From: Azolla caroliniana
Lineage: Eukaryota; Plantae; Polypodiophyta
Direction of reading: 5' to 3'
DNA length: 21,778 nucleotides
NCBI GenBank assembly: GCA_043228905.1
Contig: JBHGNT010000520.1
Coordinates: 1-21,778 of the forward strand
Shown here: one piece after another, positions 19,495-21,778 of the stretch
How positions within the stretch are numbered: position 1 is the stretch's first letter
Layout of the letters: every line of letters begins with the position of its first letter
Notes under the pieces: generated by a model
Database searches by the model: none
What the model was told of the DNA's origin: nothing
The model's input: only the letters and a program-made list of their open reading frames with translations
Program-made: the position numbers and the translations under genes

Positions 19495-19947
19495 TGTTAT
19501 GGGCATGACCATATAATATCCCGTGGTGAGAATTTACCATAGTATTCTATACACGTGGATAAAGTGTGAGGGTTAAACGAGAGTGTAAAGAAGGGGAGGA
19601 TTACTTTTAATCCTCGGGATTGAGACAAACCATTAGGCCAAGTTTGATCTTGCCTGGGGACCTTGGGTCTCACTATAAATATGAGGCCTAGCTACCCTCA
19701 TTTGATGATCTCTCGACTACATCAAGACTCCATTCTTCTGGTGGGTCAACTCTTGTAGCGAGCGTGCCAGCACCAAATATGACTCGACGCCATGGCAGTG
19801 GTATGGGACGCCGATCAAGGCATGAGTCCGTCGCTATCCCTTCGCTTGGGGGTGGTCAGGTGGATCGGCACCCTTCTTTCTCTCTCTCCTTTCTTATTAA
19901 TCTATTATATCCTTATCATATGCTTACTTTAGATCTAACCTCTAACA
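19495..19947 (+). repeat. 5' LTR of element E (453 bp)
   Basis: TGTTATGGGC…CTCTAACA with canonical TG/CA ends, homologous to the A LTR. Confidence 0.93.
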
Positions 19948-19949
19948 AT

Positions 19950-19961
19950 TGGTATCAGAGC
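19950..19961 (+). other. Primer binding site (tRNA-iMet) of E
   Basis: TGGTATCAGAGC, 2 nt after the LTR. Confidence 0.95.
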
Positions 19962-21537
19962 TTTCGTTCTAATGTTTCTTTTGTTGATTGTTTTTGTTTT
20001 CTTCTTGATCGATGGTGATCGATTGATATGCGGTCGACCTTGATCTAGATAGCGATCAACAAAGGAACTTTGGTAACTCTCTTTTTTTCCTATTCTTTCT
20101 TCTCCAAATCTAATCATGTATAGTCAATACATTGTGTTTTTATTTATTGATTGAATGATGTTGTGGTGGTAATGAATTGGCTGTATAAAACGTATACATA
20201 TGTGTATGAGATCAATACCTCATTTGACATATATTTTATATGTGATTGGTGCCGTATGCGTAAGAGGTCAATACCTCACTTGTGTATTACGTTCACCCTT
20301 ATTTTTGGATGTTTCGTGTGTGTAGAGGCTATATGCCTCAATTACATGTCTCAATTTCATCATTTGTTGGCTATTTTATGTTACGATTTTTTTATAGTAT
20401 ACGCATGTGTGGTCATGTGTATATGTATTTGATCGTATACATGTGATAAACATACATATGTGTATATTAGATATTACGTGATTTTGTATATCGAACATTG
20501 TCCGTTTCGGGGAAAGGATCTTGGTGGCCATCGTCACATTTTTGTGAGAATGGCGTAGTCACCATCTTTTTTCAACCTTTTTTTTTAGTTGTCATCCCCG
20601 TTAGTCACTTCGATTTCGCTACACATTATAACAAAACAGTCATAGCCACAATGATGTTGAGAGTGTGGGGCTTGACCCACTTCATGTGAGGTCGCTCCTA
20701 TGACACACACATCCAACATCCCTCCCTCATTACATGGATACGATGCCACCATGAGATCATCATTACGGAAGGCATTTGTAATGACGTAACCATGTGATGG
20801 GCCACGTGGAACTACTACGAAAAAAGGGCTCATTTGGCTTGACCATTAGGTTGCACTTTGGTATATGCCATCGTAATTATGAGACTTGAGGTTAGGTAAC
20901 GTACCAACATAGTTTTGTAGTAAACCAGGGGGAAATAAGGACTCTCGACATATATGTTTTCTTTTAGAAAACTATATGGGAAAATGCCTTCGCATATCTC
21001 TCATATGCATAAACATTAAACATTCAAAAGGAGCAAACCATTTGGTTATGTGTGTAATGTATTTGTTCTCGAGGTCTCGAGTTCAAATGTGACCAAGACC
21101 ATACACCATTATTGATACATATGACCATAAAATATGTTTAGACTATAGGTCTAAGTGCACTTCGGGGGTTCCTCGTAATAGGACTTAAAGAGCTGAAACC
21201 ACATGGGTGGGCACAGAAACATAGTTTATTGTTAACATTTTTTCGTGTTTAAACTATTCATGATGCAAACATACATGGTTGAGCCTCGGGGAGCCGCCAT
21301 GAAAAAATCGATATAGAGATCAGGGAAAGACATTCATTTGTCACCCCCATGGTTTTTAAAACACCTTTGTGTTACCATAGTAACCTAATCTTGAACCTCA
21401 TCTCATACTTCTAGAGGGGTATTGACGTGAGATCATGATATCGATTAATGTTTGCCCATGATATGTTTACATCACGACATAATGTTATGACTATTTGTCT
21501 GACCTTATCCTATTTCTTTGCCAGGAATTATCATTCA

Positions 21538-21778
21538 ATGGCTCATAATAACGACCCAATGACATCCACACAAGCGGAAGGAAATCCTCTTGGGCCAATC
21601 CCCATAGCGTCATATTTTTTACAAATACAAAATTTCCTTAATTCAACCTTGCATCAGATGACCAAACTTCGGGAATCTCATAGTGCTCTTGAGACACATG
21701 TCATTAGTTTTCAAGGTGATACTAATAGACCTGATGAGCGTCAAGGTGAACCATCATTTGTTGTAAAGCCATTTACGG
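21538..21778 (+). CDS. E gag N-terminus (partial, open to the window edge)
   Basis: MAHNNDPMTSTQAEGNP…[18 protein letters not shown] aligns with A Gag. Confidence 0.8.
   Translation, partial: MAHNNDPMTSTQAEGNPLGPIPIASYFLQIQNFLNSTLHQMTKLRESHSALETHVISFQGDTNRPDERQGEPSFVVKPFT

Larger units (their letters stand above)
19495..21778 (+). mobile_element. Element E: diverged relative of A (5' LTR, PBS, leader, start of gag), running off the window
   Basis: Collinear with 2600-5013 throughout. The predicted TSD is GTCAG (19490-19494). Confidence 0.95.

Noticed and set aside
9185-19947. A 3' LTR and E 5' LTR as the two ends of one large element
   Set aside because: They are clearly diverged, A has its own TSD pair, and E has its own PBS and gag downstream.

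Overview
No prokaryotic features are present. The window is a nest of plant LTR retrotransposons; a moss such as Physcomitrium is suggested by the family mix, but that is unverified inference. Six elements are resolved. (A) 2600-9649 +: a complete, young chromovirus-type Ty3/gypsy with 465-bp LTRs differing at 2 sites, an AAAAC target-site duplication, tRNA-iMet PBS and PPT; gag-pol is broken by one stop and one frameshift. A sits inside the gag of (B) <1-10692 -: a non-chromoviral Ty3/gypsy. B sits just after the integrase of (C) 10693-13575 -: a Tork/Tnt1-like Ty1/copia. C in turn truncates an unidentified basic ORF (13912->13576). (F) ~14961-17072 +: a 5'-truncated Tcn1-like chromovirus whose 3' LTR abuts (D) 17073-19380 +: a decayed Ty1/copia. 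(E) 19495->end +: a diverged relative of A. The most interesting unexplained structure is non-coding: a ~56-bp-periodic array of GAGGT-N4-ACCTC stem-loops in a highly conserved, structured leader of A/E, with the same motif in the unrelated copia C; a long heat-shock-element array plus an antisense tRNA-like A/B-box segment in the F LTR; non-canonical TG...TA ends on both LTRs of A; and three abutting palindromes at the F truncation junction. All comparisons were made by eye.
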